This document shows, piece by piece, positions 45,171 through 54,669 of a stretch of 64,000 bases of DNA. The stretch is taken from IMG/VR virus record IMGVR_UViG_3300004481_000333, positions 1 to 64,000 of that record; one strand, 5' to 3'. A program made the translations under genes and the position numbers. The notes beneath the pieces were generated by a model, which was not told the origin of the DNA, made no database searches, and saw only the letters and a list, made by a program, of their open reading frames with translations. Position 1 is the first letter of the stretch. Every line of letters begins with the position of its first letter. Source of the stretch: a virus.

Positions 45171-46352
45171 ATGGAAAAGCCGAGCATCTGCCTCGTCATG
45201 ATGGTCAAGGACGAGGCCAACGTAATCGAGCGCGCCCTGGAATCGTGCCGCAACGTAGTTCAGGACTTCGTCATCACGGACACCGGGAGCCGGGACGGCA
45301 CTCAAGACGTGATCCGCAGTTGGGCGGCCCGTCATGGGGTCCCGGGCACAGTGGTGGATGGAGAATGGTTGGGATGGGGAGGGAGCCGTACCAGGGCATG
45401 GGGGAATGCTCAATCCCAATCCAAGTCCGTCTATGGCCTTATCCTTGACGCGGATGATGTCGTTGAGGCGTCCGGCCCCATCAACTTCCGAGACCCGGCA
45501 GACGGGTACTACGTCCGGATCACGAAGGACGTGTGCTCGTGGAGGCGGCCCGACATCCTTCGGATCCAGCATCCGTGGAAGTGGGAAGGTGCGGACCACC
45601 CAAAGCTCCTGAGCCCGTCCCAGGTGGGATTCGGCAAGTGCCCGGAGTTCAGAATTCGTGTCTACCCCGATGGGTCGCGGACAACCACCCAACCCAACCC
45701 GTGGAGTAAGTTCATCCACGGAGCCGACCTGTTGCGGCACGACCTGGAGGACAACCCTGGGGACGAACGCGCAACCTATTACTTGGCGCAGAACCTGCGG
45801 GACGCAGCTTTGGCGGCCCTATCCCTGGTTGAAGGAACACGCCAAGAAAATGGCGTCGAAGCGGGGACTCAGGCGGCTATCAACCTGGGCCGGCAGTGGT
45901 TCACCGAGTCATTGGCCTGGTACAAGAAGCGGATCTTGCTGGGCGGCTTCGAAGAGGAGCGCTGGCAGGCCATGTGGGCCATCGGCTGCATTCTGGACGA
46001 GCTGGGACGTGACATCGAGGTTCCCAGTACGCTCCTGGCTGCCTACCAGATGCGCCCATGGCGTTCGGAGCCCCTGGTCTGCCTGGCAGAGCACTACCGG
46101 AATCGGGGGTGGAATGACGCGGCCCTGCTGGTGGCCAAGCAGGCTGTGACGCTGCCGTATCCCGAAGACGATCTGCTCCCCGTGCGGGATGACTTCTACG
46201 AGTGGGGCGCGCAGTTCGCCTATGCCCACGCGCTGGCCTCCACGGGACAGAAGGATTTGGCGTCGGCCATTCGGAAGTGCGGGCATGGGTGGCCGGCAGA
46301 GGCCCAACAGGAGCTGGACGAGCTGCTTGCAGGGGGATCTCATGGGACTTGA
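45171..46352 (+). CDS. GT2 glycosyltransferase with C-terminal TPR repeats
   Basis: ICLVMMVKDEA..IERALES, ITDTGSRDGT, ILDADD, RATYYLAQ, AYQMRPWRSEPL. Confidence 0.88.
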   Translation: MEKPSICLVMMVKDEANVIERALESCRNVVQDFVITDTGSRDGTQDVIRSWAARHGVPGTVVDGEWLGWGGSRTRAWGNAQSQSKSVYGLILDADDVVEASGPINFRDPADGYYVRITKDVCSWRRPDILRIQHPWKWEGADHPKLLSPSQVGFGKCPEFRIRVYPDGSRTTTQPNPWSKFIHGADLLRHDLEDNPGDERATYYLAQNLRDAALAALSLVEGTRQENGVEAGTQAAINLGRQWFTESLAWYKKRILLGGFEEERWQAMWAIGCILDELGRDIEVPSTLLAAYQMRPWRSEPLVCLAEHYRNRGWNDAALLVAKQAVTLPYPEDDLLPVRDDFYEWGAQFAYAHALASTGQKDLASAIRKCGHGWPAEAQQELDELLAGGSHGT

Positions 46353-46476
46353 GACCTTCTCGTGGTACCAGAGGATATGGTGCTACGTTCGGTATCGGCT
46401 CGGCTTGTCTATTCGGCTTCCGAAGCGTTTCTTCGACGAATGCTCATCGGCGATGCGGCGACTGGGGGTACCATGA
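46342..46476 (+). CDS. small hypothetical protein
   Basis: coupled 44-aa ORF. Confidence 0.4.
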   Translation: MGLETFSWYQRIWCYVRYRLGLSIRLPKRFFDECSSAMRRLGVP

Positions 46477-46808
46477 TCCGAAGCTGCACGATCCACAAGG
46501 GACCCATGGTGCTCGAGAAGCACCGATCAGGAAGGACGAACGCGGACCGATATGTAGAACGCCTGGTACTTGATGTGCGACTACCACTCGAGCTGCGGGT
46601 CACCAGTACGTCCAAGCGCATTGGCGACCACTTCGAGTGCGACATCCACACGCGGTGGACCCCCAAAACAGTGAACCTTGCGCGAACAGCGCTGGAACTG
46701 TTGAGCACGATTGCGCACTCCAAAAAAGGAAATACAACCATGTGCAACACCAAAGGCAAGGTCGGAACCAAGGGCAGCAAGGGCGGACGTAAGGGCAAGG
46801 GCAAGTAG
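46473..46808 (+). CDS. hypothetical protein with Lys/Gly-rich tail
   Basis: ATGA coupling; internal AAGGA-ATG at 46740. Confidence 0.5.
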   Translation: MIRSCTIHKGPMVLEKHRSGRTNADRYVERLVLDVRLPLELRVTSTSKRIGDHFECDIHTRWTPKTVNLARTALELLSTIAHSKKGNTTMCNTKGKVGTKGSKGGRKGKGK

Positions 46809-46829
46809 TCGAGACAGCAAGGGGCAACC

Positions 46830-47546
46830 ATGGAAATCGAACTGCTGGGTCAGAAGGTAGAGGGAGAATCCGAGTTCACGGCATCAAGAGGAGGATACCA
46901 AATCCTTCTTTCCCCTGGAGTTGGGACGTTGTTTTACGGCACGTCACCGTGCATGACGGTGAGAAGCGATGACATCCACGAAATGGCTCGCCAGCTTGAG
47001 GCGAAAGCACGAGAACTCTGGTCAGAGGAACAGGACTGGTTCGGCGGTAGAACACCCAGCAAATCTCCGGAGTTCCCAAATCCCGATGACGTGGTCGTAA
47101 AGAACCACAATGGTCTAGAGGTCACCTGCACGCGAGATCCGAATCCGAACCGCATCGCCCGCACGATGGTTGATGACATGAGTAAAGTCATCAGGGTTCG
47201 TGGGAAGCCAGCGGCGGCGCCGGTGAATCCTCAGTTGCTTCCAGAGCGGTCAGAAGAGATCTTCGCGAAGACGGCACCTCAGTGTCAACATGACCTCAAG
47301 CTCTTTGAGGACGACATGATTCGGAGGTTGGATACGTCTCAGATCGACAAGCTAGCGACATTCCTCCTGGCGCACGATCTGATGCCCAAGGGATTCGAAG
47401 GCGGAGCGATCGACTGCGCGATCGAACTGCTCAAAGCGTTCTATCTTCACCCTCCTGCCGCATCCAATCCGAGTACCATAGCCCCAAGTGACCGAGTATC
47501 GCGTCAAGAGCTTCGGAGAAGCCTACCGGCTGATGAACCGGCATAA
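46830..47546 (+). CDS. hypothetical protein with a segment resembling the TMP C-terminus
   Basis: NPNRIARTMVDD versus NPNRIARTVVDE in 52831-54669. Confidence 0.6.
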   Translation: MEIELLGQKVEGESEFTASRGGYQILLSPGVGTLFYGTSPCMTVRSDDIHEMARQLEAKARELWSEEQDWFGGRTPSKSPEFPNPDDVVVKNHNGLEVTCTRDPNPNRIARTMVDDMSKVIRVRGKPAAAPVNPQLLPERSEEIFAKTAPQCQHDLKLFEDDMIRRLDTSQIDKLATFLLAHDLMPKGFEGGAIDCAIELLKAFYLHPPAASNPSTIAPSDRVSRQELRRSLPADEPA

Positions 47547-48051
47547 CCGGCAGCGGGAACGTCGGATCCAGAATGCCATTGCGGCGACTGCGCGGGAAGG
47601 CGCGAATCATGTCCGGCACAACGTTCCGGTGGCGTTCAGCGAACTCCGGGACAGCGTGCACGCTGAAGGGCACCGGATCGTGGCAGACGCCCCCCACGCG
47701 GCCCCGGTAGAGACCGGAAGCCGCCCCCACTGGCCCCCCCTGGCCCCCCTGATCGCTTGGGTGAAGCTCCGGGGAATGCAGGCCCTGAACGCTCGAGGCG
47801 AGGTGAAGCCCAGCAAGCGCTTGGCCGGCACCACTAGCCGCCGGCACGCTCTGGCCGTGGGTTTTCAGCTCGGACTACTGCGGGTCCAGCGGGGCGTGGC
47901 GGACATTGGGGACCCGGTTCGGGTAGCGAAACGGATCCAGCTAGCGATCGCACAACACGGGACGAAACCTCACTGGTACATGCGGAGCGCGGTGCCACAC
48001 GTGGTTCAGGTCCTGGACCGTCTGATTCAAGCGGCGATGCCGGACAAGTAG
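47488..48051 (+). CDS. HK97 gp10-like tail component
   Basis: PVAFSELRDS...APHAAPVETGSRPHWPP...GTKPHWYM. Confidence 0.75.
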   Translation: MTEYRVKSFGEAYRLMNRHNRQRERRIQNAIAATAREGANHVRHNVPVAFSELRDSVHAEGHRIVADAPHAAPVETGSRPHWPPLAPLIAWVKLRGMQALNARGEVKPSKRLAGTTSRRHALAVGFQLGLLRVQRGVADIGDPVRVAKRIQLAIAQHGTKPHWYMRSAVPHVVQVLDRLIQAAMPDK

Positions 48052-48116
48052 ACACCGGCGAAAGGGGCAAAATGAAAACAACGAAAGCGCACTTCGCGCT
48101 GCTCCCGTAGTACACC

Positions 48117-48764
48117 ATGCCAGAAGCCATCCAGGAAGTGGTCGTGAACGCGCTAGTGCGCTTCATCGCGGCCCAGATGCCGGATGCGCAAGTGACGGCT
48201 CATTGGCCAGAGGCCGACCAGGACCTGCCGCCTCGTGGCATCACGGTCCTTGCCGCCGGGGATCCCGTGACGGACCCCATGGCTCCGCAGGTCGAGGACT
48301 ACACGGCCGTTGACGCCACGACGGGACTCTACACGTGGTCTTTCAGTTTCTGCACTCAGCCGTTGCAGATCGAGATCTGGACCCAGAGTCGCATGGAGCG
48401 GGCACACATGAAGGACCAGCTCAACACGACGCTGCACCTGGGTGAGCTCTTCACGCTGGGCAGCGGCGATCCGGTACGGCACGGGGTCCTACTCCGGCTC
48501 GAGCCGAGCCTGGATGGATTCGAAGGGTTCGTCGACTGCGATTTCGACCTAGCAACGGACAACGATTCGCCATTTGCGGTACGAGCCGACGAACGTCGCG
48601 CGACCGTGACGGGCGAGGCAAACTTCATCGTTAGCATCCAAGCACAGAGTCCGCGACTTCTGGCGGACGCGATGGGTCGCACGCAGGCCCGGCTCCGGAT
48701 GCTGATCGACGGACAGAGCGCGGATAACGCCACGAGTGGCGAGCGCACAAGCGTCCCGGGCTGA
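48117..48764 (+). CDS. tail terminator-like protein
   Basis: position before the sheath; QIEIWTQSR.ER. Confidence 0.55.
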   Translation: MPEAIQEVVVNALVRFIAAQMPDAQVTAHWPEADQDLPPRGITVLAAGDPVTDPMAPQVEDYTAVDATTGLYTWSFSFCTQPLQIEIWTQSRMERAHMKDQLNTTLHLGELFTLGSGDPVRHGVLLRLEPSLDGFEGFVDCDFDLATDNDSPFAVRADERRATVTGEANFIVSIQAQSPRLLADAMGRTQARLRMLIDGQSADNATSGERTSVPG

Positions 48765-48859
48765 TCCGCTAACCCTCCTGCCAACCAAAAGTCATCATCT
48801 CGGGCTGGGGCACCCCGGGAATGTGAGCAAAGCACCCAACCCACACACGAGGGCTTTCT

Positions 48860-50395
48860 ATGGCTCTATTCGTGACCTCGACTTCTAGCATCTCGATGCA
48901 TGGCGCCTACGCCATCGAGCGAGAACCACCGGCACTCATCCGCGGTGCCGGGACCGCGGTGGCTTGCATTGTAGGGCAGTTCCCATGGGGACCAAGCTAT
49001 CGAGACACGACCCCTACCCGGGCCCCCTACATCTCGACCGACATCAACGACTTGGTCTTGACGTTTGCGCCGCCCGGTATGGACCGCACGGGGTCGGGGT
49101 ACTTGGCGTTCATTCGCAAGTACTGGCCGGATCTGCGACCCATCCGGGTTGTGGGCACGACCGCCGCCGCCGCATCAGCCAACCTGGTAGATGGCGCAAC
49201 AACCATCTGTGTCGCGACGCTGAAGTACTGTGGAACCGCTGGCAACTCCGTCACGTTTGACGTCACGGACGCGAGTGATGGAGACGCAACCCACTTCAAC
49301 CTCGTAGTTACAATCACAGGCGCTAGCGGCACCTATACCGAGACGGTACACAACATCAACGCTTCGGGAGGGACGTTCGTTTCCCCGACTGAACTCACGA
49401 CGTGTCGTCTTCTGGGCACCATCACGCGATCCAACACGGGTCGCCCGGACAACATCACAGGAAGCGCGTTCTCGGGTGGTGTGACAGGCACAATCAACTC
49501 CACGCAGTACATCGGTACTGCTGGAAGTGGTGACTTCGGCATCGCTGGCGCCGAAAACGACGATTCCGTGTCCGTCATCTTCGCCGATGACCCTGGCGAC
49601 ACGGACCGCGCGGCCGTCATGGCCGGGATCGTGGCACACGCGACCCTCATGGGAGACCGACGCGCTATCATCCACGTGGACTCCGGAATCACGGTCATCG
49701 CGACTCTGCGGGCGGACGCCATCCTGACGGGAAACCGAAACTGGCAGACAGCTTTGGTTGACCCGTGGGTGACGATCAAAGACGACATCGACAGCACGGC
49801 CCGCACGGTTCCGGGTGACTCGTTCTTGGCCAGCGTGTTGTGCCAACTGCCTCCGTCCACATCGGCAGCGTTCAAGAACTCGATGGTGCGCGACATGCTG
49901 CGCCACATCGTGAGCCTAGAGACACCGCGTGGTCTCGCAGCCGGAACAAACGCTGACTATGGCATCACAACCATCCGGCCCCACAAGAAAGGTGGTTGGT
50001 GCTTCGAGGCGTGCGTCACCACGCTGGCTCCATCCAATCCTGCGAAGCGGCTCTTCACTCGGACTGGCATGGGGATCTACATCGCCAAGTCGTGGTCCGA
50101 CAGCGTGCAAGAGTGGGTCGACGCCCCGAACGTGCAGGCTATCCAGGACGAGCTGATCCTGAGCCTCGATGCCTTCATGCAGACGCTGAAAAAGAACGCG
50201 ACGACGGACCCCATCCATCTGCCGCACGTCATCGACTACGGCATTCTGGACCCACAGGGGTTCAATGACTCACAGTCAATAGCGAACGGGTTCTACTACA
50301 TCCCGCTGGATGTCCAGACGTCGTCCGGCATGGAGAAACTGATTCTGACGTTGCGCTTCGGCGAGAACGTCACGATCGATGCCGCCAACCGCTAA
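48860..50395 (+). CDS. contractile tail sheath protein
   Basis: GAY.IE, IVGQFPWGP, GTAGNSV, FSGG.TG, VDPWV; 511 aa. Confidence 0.85.
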   Translation: MALFVTSTSSISMHGAYAIEREPPALIRGAGTAVACIVGQFPWGPSYRDTTPTRAPYISTDINDLVLTFAPPGMDRTGSGYLAFIRKYWPDLRPIRVVGTTAAAASANLVDGATTICVATLKYCGTAGNSVTFDVTDASDGDATHFNLVVTITGASGTYTETVHNINASGGTFVSPTELTTCRLLGTITRSNTGRPDNITGSAFSGGVTGTINSTQYIGTAGSGDFGIAGAENDDSVSVIFADDPGDTDRAAVMAGIVAHATLMGDRRAIIHVDSGITVIATLRADAILTGNRNWQTALVDPWVTIKDDIDSTARTVPGDSFLASVLCQLPPSTSAAFKNSMVRDMLRHIVSLETPRGLAAGTNADYGITTIRPHKKGGWCFEACVTTLAPSNPAKRLFTRTGMGIYIAKSWSDSVQEWVDAPNVQAIQDELILSLDAFMQTLKKNATTDPIHLPHVIDYGILDPQGFNDSQSIANGFYYIPLDVQTSSGMEKLILTLRFGENVTIDAANR

Positions 50396-50414
50396 CCGCT
50401 GAGGGTAAAGAACG

Positions 50415-50858
50415 ATGGCAACCAGTAGCCGAATCCTGCCCCGGTGGAAGGGCAAAAACGACAAGATCATCTTCAGCTGGAACGATACACAGCTGGCACT
50501 TCCGGCCTTGAAGTCTTGGGACTTGGCGCCACAGGCGGAAGTCGCAGAAGACGACTACCACGACCAGGATCGCACCGATACGGTCGTGGTCTTGAAGTAC
50601 TACGAACTCAACTTCGAGTACTCGCAAGAGGGACTGGAGCTCTTGGAAGTCTTCCTGGACAACCAGGAGAACGAGGATCAGAACGCGATTCCGCAAGACG
50701 GTTGGATGGGAATTCGGATCAAGAAGAACGACGGCACAAGCGTCCGTCTTGCCGGATCCGGAATGACGCTCATGCCGTGGAAGATGGGTTCGCCAGCGCG
50801 CGCGCAGAACAACACGTTCAACGCGACGCTGCGGATCAAGTATCTGAAGCGCGCGTGA
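50415..50858 (+). CDS. tail tube protein
   Basis: 147 aa directly after the sheath. Confidence 0.7.
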   Translation: MATSSRILPRWKGKNDKIIFSWNDTQLALPALKSWDLAPQAEVAEDDYHDQDRTDTVVVLKYYELNFEYSQEGLELLEVFLDNQENEDQNAIPQDGWMGIRIKKNDGTSVRLAGSGMTLMPWKMGSPARAQNNTFNATLRIKYLKRA

Positions 50859-50914
50859 TCAAGTAGCGAAACGACAACTGGACGGCACGTGGGGGGAAAC
50901 CAAAAGGGAGCAAG

Positions 50915-51397
50915 ATGGCAAAGTTGGAAGTCGATGAGGTCAAGGGAGCGGATGGGCAGGAGTGCTACCAAGTGCACCTCACGGGGTTCGGACATTCGGG
51001 CCGAGCCGTCCAGTTTCGCGAGCTATCGGAAGACAAGATCGAAGACATCGAGCGTCGGGCCGCTGAGATCGCTGGACCCGACTCGGACATGAGGGAACTC
51101 CAGAGGACGATCCAAAGAATTGGGGCCTGCACGTTCGTAATCGCCATCACGGAGCATTCCATCATGCCGGCTCTGCCACCTGGAGCAAAGCAGGATACTT
51201 CGGGACCTCGGTATCCAGACTGTTCCGGTACCAAGTGGGTCAAGATGACGTTCCAGCTGATGGAGAATCGTGGTGGCAATCGCCTGAAGGCCAAGGACTT
51301 GAGCGCCCTTGATCAGCTCTACATGCACCTCCACACCGTCACGATGGGCGAGGTGCAGGACCTCATGGGAAAAGTCCAACCAGTTTCCATGGTCTGA
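50915..51397 (+). CDS. tail assembly chaperone
   Basis: after the tube; G GGA AAA slippery site near the 3' end. Confidence 0.7.
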   Translation: MAKLEVDEVKGADGQECYQVHLTGFGHSGRAVQFRELSEDKIEDIERRAAEIAGPDSDMRELQRTIQRIGACTFVIAITEHSIMPALPPGAKQDTSGPRYPDCSGTKWVKMTFQLMENRGGNRLKAKDLSALDQLYMHLHTVTMGEVQDLMGKVQPVSMV

Positions 51398-51642
51398 GCT
51401 GGGCCTACTGGGAGCGGCGTCTCGCGCGGCTCTCAGACCAGGTATTTCGAGCCCGCTATGGGAACATCCCGCCTCCTCCGCTTCGAACGAGCTTCGAACG
51501 CGCCGCTTTTACCTACTTTCTACGAGAGCACTTGAAGCGCGAGGTGGGAGAACGCGAAGAACCCGATACACCAGTACATCAAATCCACAGCGAACTTGAC
51601 GAGCTAGACACCGATGGTCGACCAGATTCCCCGCTTGGCTGA
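51367..51642 (+). other. -1 programmed frameshift extension of the tail assembly chaperone
   Basis: G-GGA-AAA at 51367-51373; the -1 frame is open for about 90 codons to TGA 51640-51642. Confidence 0.7.
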
Positions 51643-52822
51643 CCTCAGGGGCGCGGCTTGGTGGTTCCTCTACCAAAATCGCCGTAAGGCGTACCAGCAT
51701 CTCTATAGTGGCCGCTGGGGTGACGTCGTCGAAGGATGGGTCGCCCAGGCGGCCATTTGTCGTAGCCGGCTCGGCCATGAGATGCTATCGGCACGGCTAC
51801 CCCTGTCGGCTGGGTCGCCGCTGCGCGATCTGGCACTCAGCGAGTTCTTTGCTGAGATCCCGTCAGGATCCACCAGGGCCGTAGGAGAAGTCATTCTGAC
51901 CCGTACTGCTGGGTCGATGCCGGGTGGCATCATCCGAGCTGGACATCGGTTCCAGAAGACTGCCGACACGACCGCTCATCCACCGGTTCCGGGAGCTGAG
52001 TATACGGCTGAAGTTACGGTCTCGGTCGCACCTGCAACAATATCCGCCATCATCCCTGTCATCGCGACTGCTCCCGGTACTGAGGCCAATACGTATATCG
52101 ACCTAGCAGATCCATCAATGGAAACGGAGCTATCTCCGGCGAGTTCCAGCGACGCTTTGTTCGACACCAACTTCTCCGTCACAGGAGTACGGGCGGCAGG
52201 AGGTAGCGTATCCATCAGTGATACCTTGATCCGTGCCATCGCGCGATCCTGCTATACAGGACGGCAAGGTCCCAATTCATGGGCAGCCGTGGCGGGTGTT
52301 TTGACGGCGGGTCGAGGTGTCGAGTGCGCGCAGTACTTTGAAGACCCCGCAAACTCACGGGGTGTCGTGTACGTAGCGGATGCCAGTTGGGCATCTTCGG
52401 ACCGACTGTGCGAACTGCTAGCCCAGGACTTGAGGGGACAGCCAGGGCGTCGGGAATGGTTAGGGTTTGGGTCGAAGGTCGATGTTTTGGGAGTTCGCAA
52501 CTACTCGATCTCGATTGTCGCAACCTTGCAGACACGAGAGGCCGTAGACGAGACTAGTATCATACCGTCCTTGGTCAAAGCGGCTCGGTACTACTTCGAT
52601 GAACGTCTAGGCTGGTGGAACTACCGTACCAACACGCTTGCTGCCGCACTGTGTGCTGCTGACAGCAGGATCATCGGCTGCACGATGGTCTCGATACAAA
52701 ACACGAACGGAAGTTCCACCTTTCCGCAAAATGCTAGCAAGTGGGTGCCACATGACGACGTGTGGCTTTTGCACTACCTCGTGGCGGATGACGGTATGCG
52801 CATAACGTTCGTAACGGTCTAA
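51614..52822 (+). CDS. baseplate J-like protein (copy 1)
   Basis: AVGEVILTR...GGIIRAGHRF...PVIATAPGTEAN...AAGG...SD..IR. Confidence 0.7.
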   Translation: MVDQIPRLADLRGAAWWFLYQNRRKAYQHLYSGRWGDVVEGWVAQAAICRSRLGHEMLSARLPLSAGSPLRDLALSEFFAEIPSGSTRAVGEVILTRTAGSMPGGIIRAGHRFQKTADTTAHPPVPGAEYTAEVTVSVAPATISAIIPVIATAPGTEANTYIDLADPSMETELSPASSSDALFDTNFSVTGVRAAGGSVSISDTLIRAIARSCYTGRQGPNSWAAVAGVLTAGRGVECAQYFEDPANSRGVVYVADASWASSDRLCELLAQDLRGQPGRREWLGFGSKVDVLGVRNYSISIVATLQTREAVDETSIIPSLVKAARYYFDERLGWWNYRTNTLAAALCAADSRIIGCTMVSIQNTNGSSTFPQNASKWVPHDDVWLLHYLVADDGMRITFVTV

Positions 52823-52830
52823 GTCGCCTC

Positions 52831-54669
52831 ATGTCGACCAAGTACATTGTCGAGATAGACCTCCGGAAGACCGGAGACTTTGGCACGCAGCAGATGGGTC
52901 ATGCGGCCCGGGCGGCCTCGCATCTCGACTCCCGTATGGCGCGCCTGAAGGAGGGATGGTCCAATCTGAGGGCGGGAGCTGACAAGTTCTTGGGCATGGC
53001 GGACCGGATGGCTAACTTCGCCGTTGGGATTGGGAAGACGGCAATCATTGGGGGAACCATCGCGGCCATCGGAGGGCTGACGTATGCAGTTGCTGGACTG
53101 AACAAGGCGGCAGAGGGAGCACAGGTGGCGCTGGGAGCCATCTTCAACGCGCAGGGCATCAGCTCCAACATCGATACCGGAATCGCGCGAGCTGGCGACG
53201 TGGTGCAGCAGATGCGGAAGGACGCGGCATCGCTACCAGGTGAATTCGAGGACCTGCGCAACATCTTCGTCACAGGTGCCATCCCGGCGTTCCAAGCAGG
53301 TCTGACCCCGGATGCTTTCCGGAATCTTTCAAGTCAGATCATGGCTGCGGGAGCTGTAAGCCAGTTGCCGATGGACATGGTGGCGCGCGAGGCGGCGCAA
53401 CTACTGAGCGGTAGATCTGGAGCACACAACGTCTTCGGTACCCGCATCATGGGCCTTACGGGAGGGGCGGCGGAAGAGTTCAACAAGCTATCTCCCGAGA
53501 AGCGAATCTCGCGCATCCAGGAGGCGATGGGGAAGTATCAGCCCGTCATCGCCAAATACGCCAACACGTTCGATGCTATGTGGACGACCGCGATCGATAA
53601 CGGTAAGCAGTTTGCGCGTGTGCTATCCGAGCCGCTGTTCAACTTGGCGAAAGATGGGCTGAGCAGCCTCAACAACCTGTGGTCCGAAAACCAGCCGGCA
53701 ATCGAGCGGTGGGCGGGAGTCGTGGGCCTGAGGATCCGTAACGCTTTCCAGTGGGGCTGGGACAAGATCCAAGAGTGGTGGCCAGCCGTATCGGCATTTG
53801 CCGAGAACGCGTGGACCAAGATGGCGGCCATCTGGGTGGAACTTGAGCCATACGTGGCGCGGTTTGCCAAGTGGCTGCAAGAAGCCCTGAAGGACCCCGG
53901 CACGATCGACAAGCTCATCACGCTGGCCAAAATGTACATCGGGTTTAAGCTCGCGACGGGCATCGGCGCCCCGATGGCGCAGGGCTTTATGGGACTGAAC
54001 CAGATGATGGGCGGAGCGGGCGGGATGTTGGGCGGAGCCGGTGCGGCGGCAGCCCCCATGGCGTTTGGTGCCCCCATGGCCGCCACGGCACCTGCTATGT
54101 CTGCCATCCTTGCACTTGGCGGCGTGGCGGCGGCGGCCTGGCAGTTCAGTGAGCTCTTGAACGACTTGGCACAAGAGGAAAAGAAGAACGCGGAGGCGAC
54201 GGCCGAATGGGCGGACCGCATGGTGTCGGCATACACGTCCGAGGAGGAGCTGATTCTGGGAGTCACGGCGTCATTCCAGGATCTTGATATCGCGACCAGC
54301 GAACTCAAAACGTCCATGCTGGGCGCGGCCGCAGCGGCGGCCGATGTCAGGCTCTTCAACGAAAACGTGGTGAAGCCGGACCGGGAACGCCGGGCAGAAC
54401 AGCTTTGGGGAGGATTCGATCTGGTTGCCGAGAGCGCGAAAGTTTTGGCAGATACCATGGCCGAGACGGCCCAAAAACCAAAGAAGGGTGGCGTCAAGCA
54501 TCCAGGAGGAGGGGGTGGCACTAGCATTGCCAAGGTCGAGATCGTAGTCACGTCGAACCATAACCCGAACCGAATCGCCCGCACGGTGGTTGACGAGCTT
54601 GGACGGATATCGCGCATCAAGCACTACAGTCCTGGCGCCACCAACTATGCGGCAGGTCGACCTACATGA
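52831..54669 (+). CDS. tape measure protein
   Basis: 612 aa Ala/Gly-rich helical protein; LPGEFEDL motif; Trp-periodic region. Confidence 0.8.
   Translation: MSTKYIVEIDLRKTGDFGTQQMGHAARAASHLDSRMARLKEGWSNLRAGADKFLGMADRMANFAVGIGKTAIIGGTIAAIGGLTYAVAGLNKAAEGAQVALGAIFNAQGISSNIDTGIARAGDVVQQMRKDAASLPGEFEDLRNIFVTGAIPAFQAGLTPDAFRNLSSQIMAAGAVSQLPMDMVAREAAQLLSGRSGAHNVFGTRIMGLTGGAAEEFNKLSPEKRISRIQEAMGKYQPVIAKYANTFDAMWTTAIDNGKQFARVLSEPLFNLAKDGLSSLNNLWSENQPAIERWAGVVGLRIRNAFQWGWDKIQEWWPAVSAFAENAWTKMAAIWVELEPYVARFAKWLQEALKDPGTIDKLITLAKMYIGFKLATGIGAPMAQGFMGLNQMMGGAGGMLGGAGAAAAPMAFGAPMAATAPAMSAILALGGVAAAAWQFSELLNDLAQEEKKNAEATAEWADRMVSAYTSEEELILGVTASFQDLDIATSELKTSMLGAAAAAADVRLFNENVVKPDRERRAEQLWGGFDLVAESAKVLADTMAETAQKPKKGGVKHPGGGGGTSIAKVEIVVTSNHNPNRIARTVVDELGRISRIKHYSPGATNYAAGRPT

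Noticed and set aside
51309-51599. 96-aa ORF as the TAC frameshift product
   Set aside because: It is the +1 frame; the slippery site leads to the -1 frame ending at 51642
53538-54620. 360-aa minus-strand ORF and similar long antisense ORFs elsewhere
   Set aside because: Antisense shadows of GC-rich genes (TMP, DnaB, sheath) with no motifs
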